In this document: positions 1-9,130 of the stretch, piece by piece | Numbering within the stretch: the first letter of the stretch is position 1 | How the letters are laid out: every line of letters starts with the position of its first letter | NCBI GenBank assembly: GCA_016191425.1 | Contig: JACPOR010000008.1 | Location: 13,835 to 77,834, forward strand | Length of the DNA stretch: 64,000 nt | Direction of reading: 5' to 3' | DNA from: Chloroflexota bacterium | GTDB lineage: Bacteria; Chloroflexota; Limnocylindria; Limnocylindrales; CSP1-4 | Program-made: the position numbers and the translations under genes | The notes under the pieces: generated by a model | The model's input: the letters and a program-made list of their open reading frames with translations, nothing else | Told to the model about the DNA's origin: nothing | The model's database searches: none

Positions 1-538
1 CAGCGATCTCCCCGAGCGTGTGGCCGTGGAACTTCCCGAAGTCAATCGGATGCAGGCGGGCATCCGCCACGGACGGCAGTGGCGCTGGCCGATGGCGGGG
101 ATCCCGCGCCCGGTCGAGCGGACCCGTCGGCTGGGAGGCCCTGGGCGGCTCACGGTCCACCCGTTCGGCCTTGAACGGTGACTGTCCCTGCGGCGACGCC
201 GCCGGGCCCGATCGCGTGTCGCGCGGACGGAACGTCCCCGTCGTATCCAATCGGCCGGTGACCGGACGGCTCGGTTTCGGCCTGGGGGGGCCGGAGCCTC
301 GGCGAGCCAGACCGTCCTCGTCCGTGGGTGCGGCACGACCGGGCACCGCGACCTGGAGCTGCTCGTACGCTCGATTGATCTCGGCCATCTTCCGGGTGGC
401 CGCCCGCGCCGCCGCCGGGTCCGTGCCTGCGACGTCCGGGTGGTTCGCCCGGGCGAGCTTCCGCCAGGCACCCTTGATGGTCGCCTGGGAGGCCCCGGCG
501 GGAACGCCGAGCACGAGATGTGGGTCGCGTTTCGTCAC
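1..538 (-). CDS. J-domain (DnaJ-like) protein with C-terminal FGKxxGxTLGEI (DUF3820-like) domain; runs off the left edge
   Basis: Not in the ORF track. Manual translation from GTG at 538 gives VTKRDPHLVLGVPAGASQATIKGAWRKLARANHPDV...KMAEINRAYEQL (HPD motif). The same frame reads IDFGKFHGHTLGEIA at the edge. TACACT lies 6 nt upstream. Confidence 0.85.
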   Translation of the reverse strand, partial: MTKRDPHLVLGVPAGASQATIKGAWRKLARANHPDVAGTDPAAARAATRKMAEINRAYEQLQVAVPGRAAPTDEDGLARRGSGPPRPKPSRPVTGRLDTTGTFRPRDTRSGPAASPQGQSPFKAERVDREPPRASQPTGPLDRARDPRHRPAPLPSVADARLHPIDFGKFHGHTLGEIA

Positions 539-600
539 CCGCCGAGTGTATCGAGCGACCGCGCTTGACAGCGGACCCAGCCTGAAGTCCCCTGTAGTCG

Positions 601-1713
601 ATGTCGATGAAGGGAAGAATCCGGTGGACCGGCTTCGCAGCCGCGATCACCGCCACGCCGTTCGCGCTGGCGTGGCGGTTCGCCCACGTCTATCGCGGCC
701 GGGCCGGGTACCCCAGGCCGATGCCGCCCACGTCGGACCCGTCGGCGTTCGGTCTGTCGTTCGAATCCCGCTTGGTCCGGACGGCCGATGGCCTCGACCT
801 GCCGGCGTGGTGGATGCCCGCGGCCGCGAAGGGTGGGGCTCCGGCAGTCGTCCTGGTGCACGGCTGGGAATCGGCCCGCCATCGGACGCTCCCGAACGCG
901 AGGTTCCTTCATGCACTCGGCTATCACGTCCTCGCCATCGACGTGCGAGGGCACGGGGCCAATCCGGCGGAAACCCTGCCGGTGAGTGCGGGCGAATTCG
1001 GCGCCGACGCCCTGGCCGCGGTCGAGTGGGCGCTGGCGGATCCGGGCGTGACGAACGTGGCCGTCCTGGGACATTCGCTGGGTGCGGTCGGAGCCATCCT
1101 GGCTGCCGCCGCCGAACCCCGGGTCGCGGCCGTGATTGTCGCTGCCGCCCCGGTCGACCCGTACCGGCTCACCAGGCAGACGTTCCGCCTGGCGCACCTG
1201 CCGATCCCCGATGTCGTCGCCTATCCCCTGGCCTGGTTGACGACGCGCGTCTACCTCGAGCCACGCGGTCGCACGGCTCGTGAGGTCTCGGCGACCGACG
1301 CCCTGCGGCGATACGCCGGGCCCGTCCTCGTGATCCACGGCACGGACGACCGCGTCGTCCCCTTCGCCCATATGGCCCGGCTCGTTGCCGCGGGCCGAGC
1401 CACCCGAACCGGGGACGCGAGGGGGCCGGCCGTCGAGTCGCTGGCGATTCCCGAAGGTCGGCACAGCTGGCTCTACGAGTTTCCGGCCTACAGGGCGGCT
1501 ATCGGGCGCTTCCTCGCCGTCGCGTTCGGCGGTCCCCTGTCGCCGGATGACGCGGCGGCGACAGCCGCCGGAGTTGATGTCAGACGCCCGGTCGAGCCGG
1601 ATCACGGGTTCTCGGCCCTCGCCAAGGTCGAGTCGACGCCGGGCGGCTCCGGCGACCCGGGAGCGCGCGGGCTGGTCGAGGATGGCCTCGCCATCGGAGC
1701 AATCGGAACCTGA
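601..1713 (+). CDS. Alpha/beta hydrolase
   Basis: VLVHGW, DVRGHG, GHSLG nucleophile elbow, IHGTDDRVVP acid motif, GRH catalytic His. Confidence 0.9.
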   Translation: MSMKGRIRWTGFAAAITATPFALAWRFAHVYRGRAGYPRPMPPTSDPSAFGLSFESRLVRTADGLDLPAWWMPAAAKGGAPAVVLVHGWESARHRTLPNARFLHALGYHVLAIDVRGHGANPAETLPVSAGEFGADALAAVEWALADPGVTNVAVLGHSLGAVGAILAAAAEPRVAAVIVAAAPVDPYRLTRQTFRLAHLPIPDVVAYPLAWLTTRVYLEPRGRTAREVSATDALRRYAGPVLVIHGTDDRVVPFAHMARLVAAGRATRTGDARGPAVESLAIPEGRHSWLYEFPAYRAAIGRFLAVAFGGPLSPDDAAATAAGVDVRRPVEPDHGFSALAKVESTPGGSGDPGARGLVEDGLAIGAIGT

Positions 1714-2235
1714 ATGGACGTCGACACGGCAATCGCCGGTCTGCGAGCTGTGCGCGCGTTCGAGGATCGGCCGCTGGCCGCGGACGATCTCGGCGCCATC
1801 GTCGAGGCGGGACGGCGTGCCGGCAGCTCGAAGAACCAGCAACGCTGGGCGTTCATCGTGATCACCGAGCGGGAACGGCTCCGCGCCCTGGCCTCGGTCG
1901 GGCCGTTCGCCGGCCATCTGGCGGGCGCGGCGGCAGCCGTGGCGCTCGTGACGCCGGATCCCCGCGGGCCGGGTCAACCGCTCTCCGTGCTCTGGGATCT
2001 GGGGCTCGCGTCGCAGAACATGATCCTGGCCGCGTGGGCGCGGGGAATCGGGAGCTGCCCGGCGACCGTCTACGACGCCGACCTCGCGGGCCGTCTCCTC
2101 AGGCTCCCACCCGGCCGGACCTGTGAGTTCCTGCTCTCGTTCGGCTACCCGACCGATCCGAGCGCTCTGACCCGGCGGCTCAGGCCGGGAGGGCGCCGAC
2201 CCCTCCACGAACTCGTCCATCGCGAGGAGTGGTAA
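1714..2235 (+). CDS. Nitroreductase family protein
   Basis: RAVRAF, AGSSKNQQRWAFIV, DLGLASQNMILAAWARGIGSC. Directly abuts the upstream stop. Confidence 0.92.
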   Translation: MDVDTAIAGLRAVRAFEDRPLAADDLGAIVEAGRRAGSSKNQQRWAFIVITERERLRALASVGPFAGHLAGAAAAVALVTPDPRGPGQPLSVLWDLGLASQNMILAAWARGIGSCPATVYDADLAGRLLRLPPGRTCEFLLSFGYPTDPSALTRRLRPGGRRPLHELVHREEW

Positions 2236-2312
2236 GGCCCACCTCGACGCCGGCCTTCCGGGAGGCGGACCTCGGGGACGCCCTTCGTCTTGCCTCCCTC
2301 GGCGGCCCCGGC

Positions 2313-2753
2313 TCAGCGACGACGGCGCAGATACGCGGTCAGCCCCGCGTCGTAGCCCATCGATTCGTAGAGGCGGCGCGCATCCGGCCGGTGGTGCCCG
2401 GCCGTCACCTCCACGAACGCCGCTCCACGTTCAGCGCCGATCCGCTGTGTCTCGGTGACCAGGCGTCGACCGACCCCTCGGGCTCGAGCACCGGGGTCGA
2501 CCACGAGAGCCAGGATCCGAATCGCCACGTCGTCATGCTCGAATCGGGGGATCACGTGGAAGGCGATGAATCCGATCACGATCCCGTCCGCGTCGGCGAC
2601 GATGACGCCCGACTCGTCGCTGCTGAACCGCGTCAGTCGAGCGGCAACCATCGACGGAGTCACCGGGTACCCCTCGTCCGTGAACAGGGCGGCGATGCGG
2701 TCGGCGTCCGCCGGGGTGGCGGGACGCAGCCTCGTACCGGGGATCTCTGTCAT
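2313..2753 (-). CDS. GNAT N-acetyltransferase
   Basis: LRPATPAD start, LVVDPGARARGVGRRL acetyl-CoA motif A, ARRLYESMGY. Confidence 0.92.
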   Translation of the reverse strand: MTEIPGTRLRPATPADADRIAALFTDEGYPVTPSMVAARLTRFSSDESGVIVADADGIVIGFIAFHVIPRFEHDDVAIRILALVVDPGARARGVGRRLVTETQRIGAERGAAFVEVTAGHHRPDARRLYESMGYDAGLTAYLRRRR

Positions 2754-2795
2754 GCCCTGATGGTATCGCCCGCATCCCCGGCGCGGGAGCCGACG

Positions 2796-3623
2796 CTACC
2801 GGGAAAGGAGGTCGGCGATCGGAGCACCGACCGGTTCGAAGCCGAGTCGGGCATAGAGTCGCTCGGTTCGCTCCATGCCTGCCTCGGCCAGGAGGTGGAT
2901 GAGGCCGGTACCCTCGGCAAGCGCCTCGGTGATCGCGACCGCCGTGAGCAGCGATGCAAACCCGCGACCCCGCAGGGACGGGATGGTTCCGATCGAGGAC
3001 AGGTAGGTCATGCCGGCGAGGGTCACGCGACGCGCCGCTGCGACCGGCCGATCGTCATCGAGGAGCACCAGCGCCGCCCCGCCAGGGCGGCGAGCCGCGG
3101 CAAGAGATTCCGCGGCCAGGGCCGGGATGCGGTCGGACTCGACGTCGAAGGCGTCGACCAGAATTCGGGCCACATCCATGGCCCGGGACGTCGCCCCGGA
3201 TCCGACGTGCTCGACGCGGAGATTCGGCCGTCGGTCGAGCGTTCGTGCCAAGCCGATCGCCGGTCCGGTGTCCGCGAGGGCCATGGCTCGATCCCGGCCG
3301 ACCAGACGGAAGCCGGACCCGACGAGGCGGGTCTCGAGATCCGCCGGGCGACCGCCGAGCGGCAGCGTTCGCACGTGCGGCAGGCGCCCGAGCGTGGCGA
3401 ACACGGTGACGATCTCATCGAGTCGTCGATCGAAGGCGTCGTGGTCGACCGGCCAGTCCAGCGCGACGAGGCGGTTCCAGAACGGCTCGGCATCGGACGG
3501 GTCATGAAGCAGAAATCCATCACCCAGATCGCGCAGCTCGCGGCCACCATGGGCGTGGACGCGCGCCTCGTGAATCGCCAGCTGACGGCTGAGCGCTGGA
3601 TCGAGGGTGAGGATCGGAGCCAC
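2796..3623 (-). CDS. GNAT N-acetyltransferase (long form)
   Basis: C-terminal IGTIPSLRGRGFAS and ERLYARLGF motifs. Confidence 0.88.
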   Translation of the reverse strand: MAPILTLDPALSRQLAIHEARVHAHGGRELRDLGDGFLLHDPSDAEPFWNRLVALDWPVDHDAFDRRLDEIVTVFATLGRLPHVRTLPLGGRPADLETRLVGSGFRLVGRDRAMALADTGPAIGLARTLDRRPNLRVEHVGSGATSRAMDVARILVDAFDVESDRIPALAAESLAAARRPGGAALVLLDDDRPVAAARRVTLAGMTYLSSIGTIPSLRGRGFASLLTAVAITEALAEGTGLIHLLAEAGMERTERLYARLGFEPVGAPIADLLSR

Positions 3624-3634
3624 GCAAACGGCGA

Positions 3635-4651
3635 TCAGGCCGCGTTCGAACGATGGAGGGCGAAGAGCGTCGCTCCGGAAGGGAGCTCGATGACCGTCGG
3701 CACGGGTGTTCCAGCCGCCTCGAACCAGGCCAGGTACGCGCCAGCGTCACGAAGCCCCGCCCCCATGAACACCTCATCGAGGTGGACGCCGGCGATCAGC
3801 TCGCCATGGATCGAGTGCAGTTCGTCCTGGTCCGTGGGCAGCAGCCAGTCGAGCACCAGCAACCAGCCGTCGTCCTCGAGAGCCGGCCAGGCCGCGCGAA
3901 GCGATGCGGCCGGATCATCGAGCACGTGCAACGCGTACTGGAAGTAGATGAGATCGAAGCGCCCGCCCGCCGCGACGTGGTCGATCGACACCGAGTCGAT
4001 GCGAATGCGATTCTGAAGATCGGCGTCCTCGATCAGCTGGTTCGCACGAGCGCGTGAATCGGGCTCGTCCTCGATCCCGAAGAGGCGCAGATCCGGGAAT
4101 CGCTGGGCCATGGCGAGCAGCCACCGCCCCCCACCGCAGTGCACGTCGAGGATGCGGCCACCGGTCGACAGCCGGGCGACGAGATCGGGCAGGGCGGCCA
4201 GGGCCTCCGCGAAGAAGACGGCGACATCCTGGCGTGTCACGCGCTCGATCGCGGACCGGTACCGGTCCGGCCGATTCCGGATCGGCGCGCCGGTCCGGAA
4301 GAACTCGAGCAACCCGTCCCAGTCCAGGGTCGAGACGACTGAGTGGATCACCTGTCCGCCGAGATAGACGGTCCGCTGTTCATCGATGAGGACCACGGCG
4401 AGGCCCTCGTCGATCCGCAACACGTCGCTGGAGCTGATCAACCCGTGTGCGTCGGCTGCCCAGGCCCAGGTCTCGACCGCCCTGGGGTGCGTCCCTGTCC
4501 GTACGGCGAGCGCATCGACGCTGAGGCCGGCCCCGCCCGCGGCCCGGAGCGCATGGAAGAACCCGAGCTCGATCCCGAGATAGGAGATCCACGTGCGGTA
4601 GAAGCCGCCGAGAGCGGCGATGACGTCGTCGTGCTGCTCGTCGAGGTGCAT
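3635..4651 (-). CDS. Class I SAM-dependent methyltransferase with N-terminal winged-helix domain
   Basis: GIELGFFHAL...LAVRTGT wHTH-like N-terminus, ILDVHCGGG SAM motif, FDLIYFQYALH. Confidence 0.88.
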   Translation of the reverse strand: MHLDEQHDDVIAALGGFYRTWISYLGIELGFFHALRAAGGAGLSVDALAVRTGTHPRAVETWAWAADAHGLISSSDVLRIDEGLAVVLIDEQRTVYLGGQVIHSVVSTLDWDGLLEFFRTGAPIRNRPDRYRSAIERVTRQDVAVFFAEALAALPDLVARLSTGGRILDVHCGGGRWLLAMAQRFPDLRLFGIEDEPDSRARANQLIEDADLQNRIRIDSVSIDHVAAGGRFDLIYFQYALHVLDDPAASLRAAWPALEDDGWLLVLDWLLPTDQDELHSIHGELIAGVHLDEVFMGAGLRDAGAYLAWFEAAGTPVPTVIELPSGATLFALHRSNAA

Positions 4652-4762
4652 GGTGGCCCGATTGTCGCACGATTGCCGCGGCGGAATAACCGGCTACGCC
4701 GTGGTAGCATGTGAGCCCACGGGAGCGCCACCGCGGCGACCCGGATCCACTCGGAGGGCCCG

Positions 4763-6835
4763 ATGCCCGCACTCACCCGCCGGATCGGCCTTGGCCTGGC
4801 TGCTCGCGGCGACCCGGACGATGTCGTCGACTGGTCACGGCGCGCGCGAGACGTCGGCCTCGATTCGGTCTGGATCCACGATTCCTACTTCGAACGTGAT
4901 GCCGTCACGTTCGCGACGCTGGTCGCGCACGGCGTCGCGCGCGACCGCGACGGCGGGTCGTTCCGCGTTGCCCTGGGCGCTGTCAACCCGAATACGCGCC
5001 ATCCGGTGGTCCTGGCGATGACCGGCTCGGCTCTCGACGAAATCCTGCCTGGTCGAATCGTCATGGGCATCGGGACGGGGCTGCCGATCAGGCTCAAGCA
5101 GATGGGCATCCCGTACGAGCCGGTCGCGGCCATCGAGAGGGTATCGACGGCGATGGACCAGGTCCGTGCCCTGTGGGCCGGCGAGCGGCTTCCATCCGCC
5201 ACGCCGGGCCTGCCGCCGATCCAGCCGATGTTCCCGCCCACCCACCGGATCCCCCTCGTGATCGCCGCCTATCGCCGGGAGTTCGTGGCCCTTGCCGGCC
5301 AGAAGGCCGATGGCTACCTCGCCCGACCCGCCGAATCGATTCCCTCACTCCGTGGGATCCTCGAGCGGCTGCGGTCGTCCGCGATCGAAGCGGGCCGCGA
5401 TCCCGACGCCATCGAAACGGCCGGCTACCTGCTATCACTCGTGGACAAGACCCGGCGAGAGGCGCTCAACCGCGCCAAGCGTGAGCCATTCGTCATCTAC
5501 ATGATGTCGATCCTCTCGGACATCTCGCTCGGCCGGGCCGGCTTTGATCGCGAGCTGCGCGATGCCATCGCCACCGCCTGGCGGGCCGAGGACTTCACGT
5601 CGGCCGGCAACCTCATTCCGGACGGTCTCCTCGATGCCTTCATGTTGTGCGGGACACGCGAAGATGTGGCCGAGAAGGCGCTGGCGTTCCGGACCGAGAC
5701 GGGCCTTCAGCTCCCCCTGCTCCAGCCGGTTCTCCAGGAGGACCGGCAGATCGACGAGCTGCTCGCCGCGGCCACGATCTTCGCGGGACTGCCGGTCGGT
5801 ACAGCTCCTTCATCGGCGACGCGCCCATGGGCGGTCGGCAGCGCACCCTCAACCGCCGCGGTGCTCATCGATCCGGGGCCTGTCCGTGGCGCGCTCGACG
5901 ACGATCGCCGGCTCGGACCCGTGGAGGCACTCCGGCGGCGCGCCGGGGCGACATGGGAGATCGTGCGGCCATTCGCCTACACCGCCTCTGTGATCCCGGT
6001 TGCCGTGGGATCGGCGCTCGCGTACGTGGACGGCCGCTTCGAGCTCCTGCCGTTCCTTGCCGCCCTGGTCGGGGCGGTCCTTCTGCATTCGGGCACCAAC
6101 ATCGTCAATGAAATCTACGACGTCCGGCAGGGCATCGACACGATCGTCTCGCCCCGGGCAAGCCATGCGATCGTCAAGGGTCGGATGACCGAACGGACCG
6201 CGTTCATCGTCGCGTTCGGGGCCTTCGGCCTGGCCGTGGCGGTCGGGGTCTACCTCCTGTGGCTGCGCGGCCCGGCGATCGCCGCGCTCGGGCTCGCTGG
6301 CCTCATCGGTGGCTGGGGCTACACCGCCCCGCCCCTCCAGTACAAGTACCGGGCGCTCGGCGTACCGCTCGTCTTCGTGCTCATGGGGCCGCTCATGGTT
6401 GTCGGCAGCTACTTTGCGGTCACGGGATCGTGGAGCCTCGTCGCGGGCATCCTCTCCATTCCGGTCGGCCTCCTCGTGGCGGCGATCCTGCACGGGAATG
6501 AATGGCGCGACATCAGCGAGGACACCCGGGCCGGCATCGTGACGCTGTCCTCGCGGGTGGGCAAGGAGTGGGCACACTACGGTTACGTGGCGCTCGTCCT
6601 CGGTGCCTACATGACCCTGGGGCTCACCGTCGCGGCCGGACTCCTGCCACCAGCCACGTTGGTGGCGATCCTGTCGCTGCCGTTCCTCGCCCAGGTGGTT
6701 CGCTCCGCGGAACTCGGCGCGACCGGCCAGACGAGGGCGATCGCGATGATCGACCTCCAGACCGCGCGCCTCCACCTGGCTTTCGGGGGTCTTCTTGTCC
6801 TGGGGGTCCTCCTGTCCGGTCTCCTCCGTGGCTAG
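4763..6835 (+). CDS. Fusion of LLM-class (luciferase-like, flavin/F420) oxidoreductase and MenA-type UbiA prenyltransferase
   Basis: N-terminal ~340 aa: GLDSVWIHDSYFERDA, NPNTRHPVVLAM, ALAGQKADG. C-terminal ~300 aa: RPFAYTASVIPV, NIVNEIYDVRQGID, YTAPPLQYKYRALG, NEWRDISEDTRAG and multiple TM helices. Single uninterrupted frame. Confidence 0.88.
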   Translation: MPALTRRIGLGLAARGDPDDVVDWSRRARDVGLDSVWIHDSYFERDAVTFATLVAHGVARDRDGGSFRVALGAVNPNTRHPVVLAMTGSALDEILPGRIVMGIGTGLPIRLKQMGIPYEPVAAIERVSTAMDQVRALWAGERLPSATPGLPPIQPMFPPTHRIPLVIAAYRREFVALAGQKADGYLARPAESIPSLRGILERLRSSAIEAGRDPDAIETAGYLLSLVDKTRREALNRAKREPFVIYMMSILSDISLGRAGFDRELRDAIATAWRAEDFTSAGNLIPDGLLDAFMLCGTREDVAEKALAFRTETGLQLPLLQPVLQEDRQIDELLAAATIFAGLPVGTAPSSATRPWAVGSAPSTAAVLIDPGPVRGALDDDRRLGPVEALRRRAGATWEIVRPFAYTASVIPVAVGSALAYVDGRFELLPFLAALVGAVLLHSGTNIVNEIYDVRQGIDTIVSPRASHAIVKGRMTERTAFIVAFGAFGLAVAVGVYLLWLRGPAIAALGLAGLIGGWGYTAPPLQYKYRALGVPLVFVLMGPLMVVGSYFAVTGSWSLVAGILSIPVGLLVAAILHGNEWRDISEDTRAGIVTLSSRVGKEWAHYGYVALVLGAYMTLGLTVAAGLLPPATLVAILSLPFLAQVVRSAELGATGQTRAIAMIDLQTARLHLAFGGLLVLGVLLSGLLRG

Positions 6836-7490
6836 GACCTCGACCGCCGACGACCGCCCCGGTTCCCTCGCACTCGTCATCGGGCTGGCGGCAGCGGCCA
6901 CCGCCTTCACGGCCACGTTTCGTGGCCCCCGCGCGCGGTTCTGGGATCGCATGACGCTGACCGGCCTGTCGCTGGGGTCGCTTGCGCTCCTGACGTCGGC
7001 ACGGGCTCGTGGCGCTCGCGTGCGGCTCTGGCACATTCCTCTCGGGCTCCTCTCGGCCGGGATCCTGTACGTCACATTCGAGATCGGGGATCGGTTCGCG
7101 CGCCGCTACGTGCCACAGGGCGACGCCCAGATCCGCGACATCTACAGCCTTCGGGCCCTGCGACCACGCAGAGAAATCGCGACGAGGCTGGCCACGGTCA
7201 TCGGGCCGGCCGAGGAGCTCTTCTGGCGTGGCCTCGTCCAGGCAGCGCTCATGCGCCGATTCGGCCGCTGGCGCGGGGCGGCCCTCGCGGCCGGCGCCTA
7301 CGGCGGTGTCCACGTCACGTCCGGCAACTTCACGCTCATCGGCGCGGCTGGGGTCGCCGGCGCGCACTGGTGCGCCCTCTATGCGGCGGGCGTTCCCCTC
7401 GGTACCCTGATCGTCAGCCACGTTGCCTGGGACGTCTGGATCTTTCTGGTCCAGCCGACCGGCGAGATCGAGGTCCTCGCAGCGGCCTGA
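6828..7490 (+). CDS. CPBP (Abi / type II CAAX) intramembrane glutamic endopeptidase
   Basis: AEELFWRG, YGGVH and SHVAWD motifs; hydrophobic. GTG start overlaps the end of the upstream gene. Confidence 0.9.
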   Translation: MARTSTADDRPGSLALVIGLAAAATAFTATFRGPRARFWDRMTLTGLSLGSLALLTSARARGARVRLWHIPLGLLSAGILYVTFEIGDRFARRYVPQGDAQIRDIYSLRALRPRREIATRLATVIGPAEELFWRGLVQAALMRRFGRWRGAALAAGAYGGVHVTSGNFTLIGAAGVAGAHWCALYAAGVPLGTLIVSHVAWDVWIFLVQPTGEIEVLAAA

Positions 7491-7539
7491 TCCACGCCAC
7501 ACTGCAACCGATCCCGCCCGGGCGGTGTTCCGGAGAGTG

Positions 7540-8145
7540 ATGGACGCTGACCTCGCCCTCGCCGCAGGCCTTGCCACCGATCTCGATCTGGCGTTCCCGA
7601 CACTCGTCGACGCGCATGCGAGACGGCTGTTCACGATCGCGAACCGGTATCTCGGTGTGCCCAGTGATGCGGAGGAGGTCACGCAGGATGCCCTCGTCCG
7701 GGCCTACGACGCTCTTTCGAGCTACGACCGCGATCGAATCCGGGCGCTGCGCCTCCGACCATGGCTCGCCACCATCACGCTCAATCTTGCCCGGAACCGT
7801 CGACGGCGGATCGCCGACAGGCGACCTGCGACCAGCATCGAACCACTCGTGAAAGCGGGCTGGCAACCGATGGTGACCTCGAACGCCCTCCCGTCCGCGA
7901 TCGCCGAGCGTCGGGAGGAAGAACGCGACCTTGCCATCGCACTGCTGAGCCTGGCACCCAGGATCCGCGAGGCCGTGGTGCTTCGCCACGTCGATGGGAT
8001 GTCCGTCACGGAGACGGCCGTGGCGCTCGGGCGACCCGAAGGCACCGTCAAGGCGCAGGTCGCCCGAGGCCTCGCGATCCTTCGTCGACAGCTGACCAGC
8101 GGACCCCATGACCAGCCGCGCTCTGAGAAGGAGAAGACCGCATGA
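7540..8145 (+). CDS. ECF RNA polymerase sigma factor
   Basis: Region 2: DAEEVTQDALVRAY...PWLATITLNLARN. Region 4: REAVVLRHVDGMSVTETAVALGRPEGTVKAQVARG. Confidence 0.93.
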   Translation: MDADLALAAGLATDLDLAFPTLVDAHARRLFTIANRYLGVPSDAEEVTQDALVRAYDALSSYDRDRIRALRLRPWLATITLNLARNRRRRIADRRPATSIEPLVKAGWQPMVTSNALPSAIAERREEERDLAIALLSLAPRIREAVVLRHVDGMSVTETAVALGRPEGTVKAQVARGLAILRRQLTSGPHDQPRSEKEKTA

Positions 8146-8990
8146 GCGACACCGGACCCATTCGCCGGCACGATATCGCAGCAACCGAAGCCCCTCCACG
8201 GGACGACGAGATCATTGCCGGGCTGGCGGCGCTGGGCTCTCCCGCTCCCCACGACGTGGCCCTCGGCGCCCTCGTCCGGGTTGGCCTGGCCGATGCATGG
8301 GCGGAGCTGCCATCGCCGCTCGGCGCCATCGGGATTGCCTGGAACGGGCGCGGCATCTCATGGCTCGATCGGGCCGACGACGCTGCCAGGTTCCAGGACC
8401 GATTTGCCGAGCACGTGGGCCGTCCGCTCCGCCGCACCGAGCAGGTTCCGGAGCGAATGGCGATGGCAGTCGCGGCGCGCCTCGCGGGCAACCGTCGGAT
8501 CCGGATCCCGCTGGACCTCCGCGGCCACACGCCCTTCGAGGTGGCGGTCTGGCTCAAGGCACTCGAGATCCCGCGTGGCGAGGTTCGACCATACGGCTGG
8601 ATCGCCGCCGAGATCGGTCATCCGAAGGCGGTTCGGGCTGTCGGGACGGCCCTCTCCCACAACCCGGTGCCCCTCGTCGTCCCCTGCCATCGCGTGGTTC
8701 GGAGCGATGGGACCATCGGGCAGTACTCGCTGGGAGGCCCCGAGGCCAAGCGCACGGTCCTGGAGACGGAAGGGCTCGATACGGTCGCCCTGGAAGCCCA
8801 GGCCCGCTCCGGGCTGCGGTACCTCGGATCGGCCACCACCGGGGTTGTGTGCCTGCCGACATGCCACCATGCTCGTCGCATCGGGGCTCCGCACCGCAGA
8901 CCATTCCGATCCCTGGCCTCGGCGGTCCAGGCCGGCTACCGGCCCTGCCGTTCCTGTCGACCCGATTCGGGCTCGGCGATCGCGGCCTAG
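8142..8990 (+). CDS. ogt: Methylated-DNA-protein-cysteine methyltransferase with C-terminal Ada zinc-binding domain
   Basis: TPFEVAVW, IPRGEVRPYG, RAVG, NPVPLVVPCHRVV active site. C-terminal TTGVVCLPTC...GYRPCRSC. ATGA overlap with the sigma gene. Confidence 0.93.
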   Translation: MSDTGPIRRHDIAATEAPPRDDEIIAGLAALGSPAPHDVALGALVRVGLADAWAELPSPLGAIGIAWNGRGISWLDRADDAARFQDRFAEHVGRPLRRTEQVPERMAMAVAARLAGNRRIRIPLDLRGHTPFEVAVWLKALEIPRGEVRPYGWIAAEIGHPKAVRAVGTALSHNPVPLVVPCHRVVRSDGTIGQYSLGGPEAKRTVLETEGLDTVALEAQARSGLRYLGSATTGVVCLPTCHHARRIGAPHRRPFRSLASAVQAGYRPCRSCRPDSGSAIAA

Positions 8991-9130
8991 GAATTCGGGC
9001 CGGGCCGAGGCCGGCCCAGGTCAAGGGCCGGCCCACGAGGCCCGGCCCGGCCCCGACCCGGGGGAAGAGACCCACGACTCCCGGAATCTGAGGGTGGCGC
9101 ACCCGCCCATGTCCCGCTACACTCCGAACC

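Noticed and set aside
4652-4762. Riboswitch upstream of the LLM-prenyltransferase gene
   Set aside because: Short intergenic region with no aptamer consensus I recognise.
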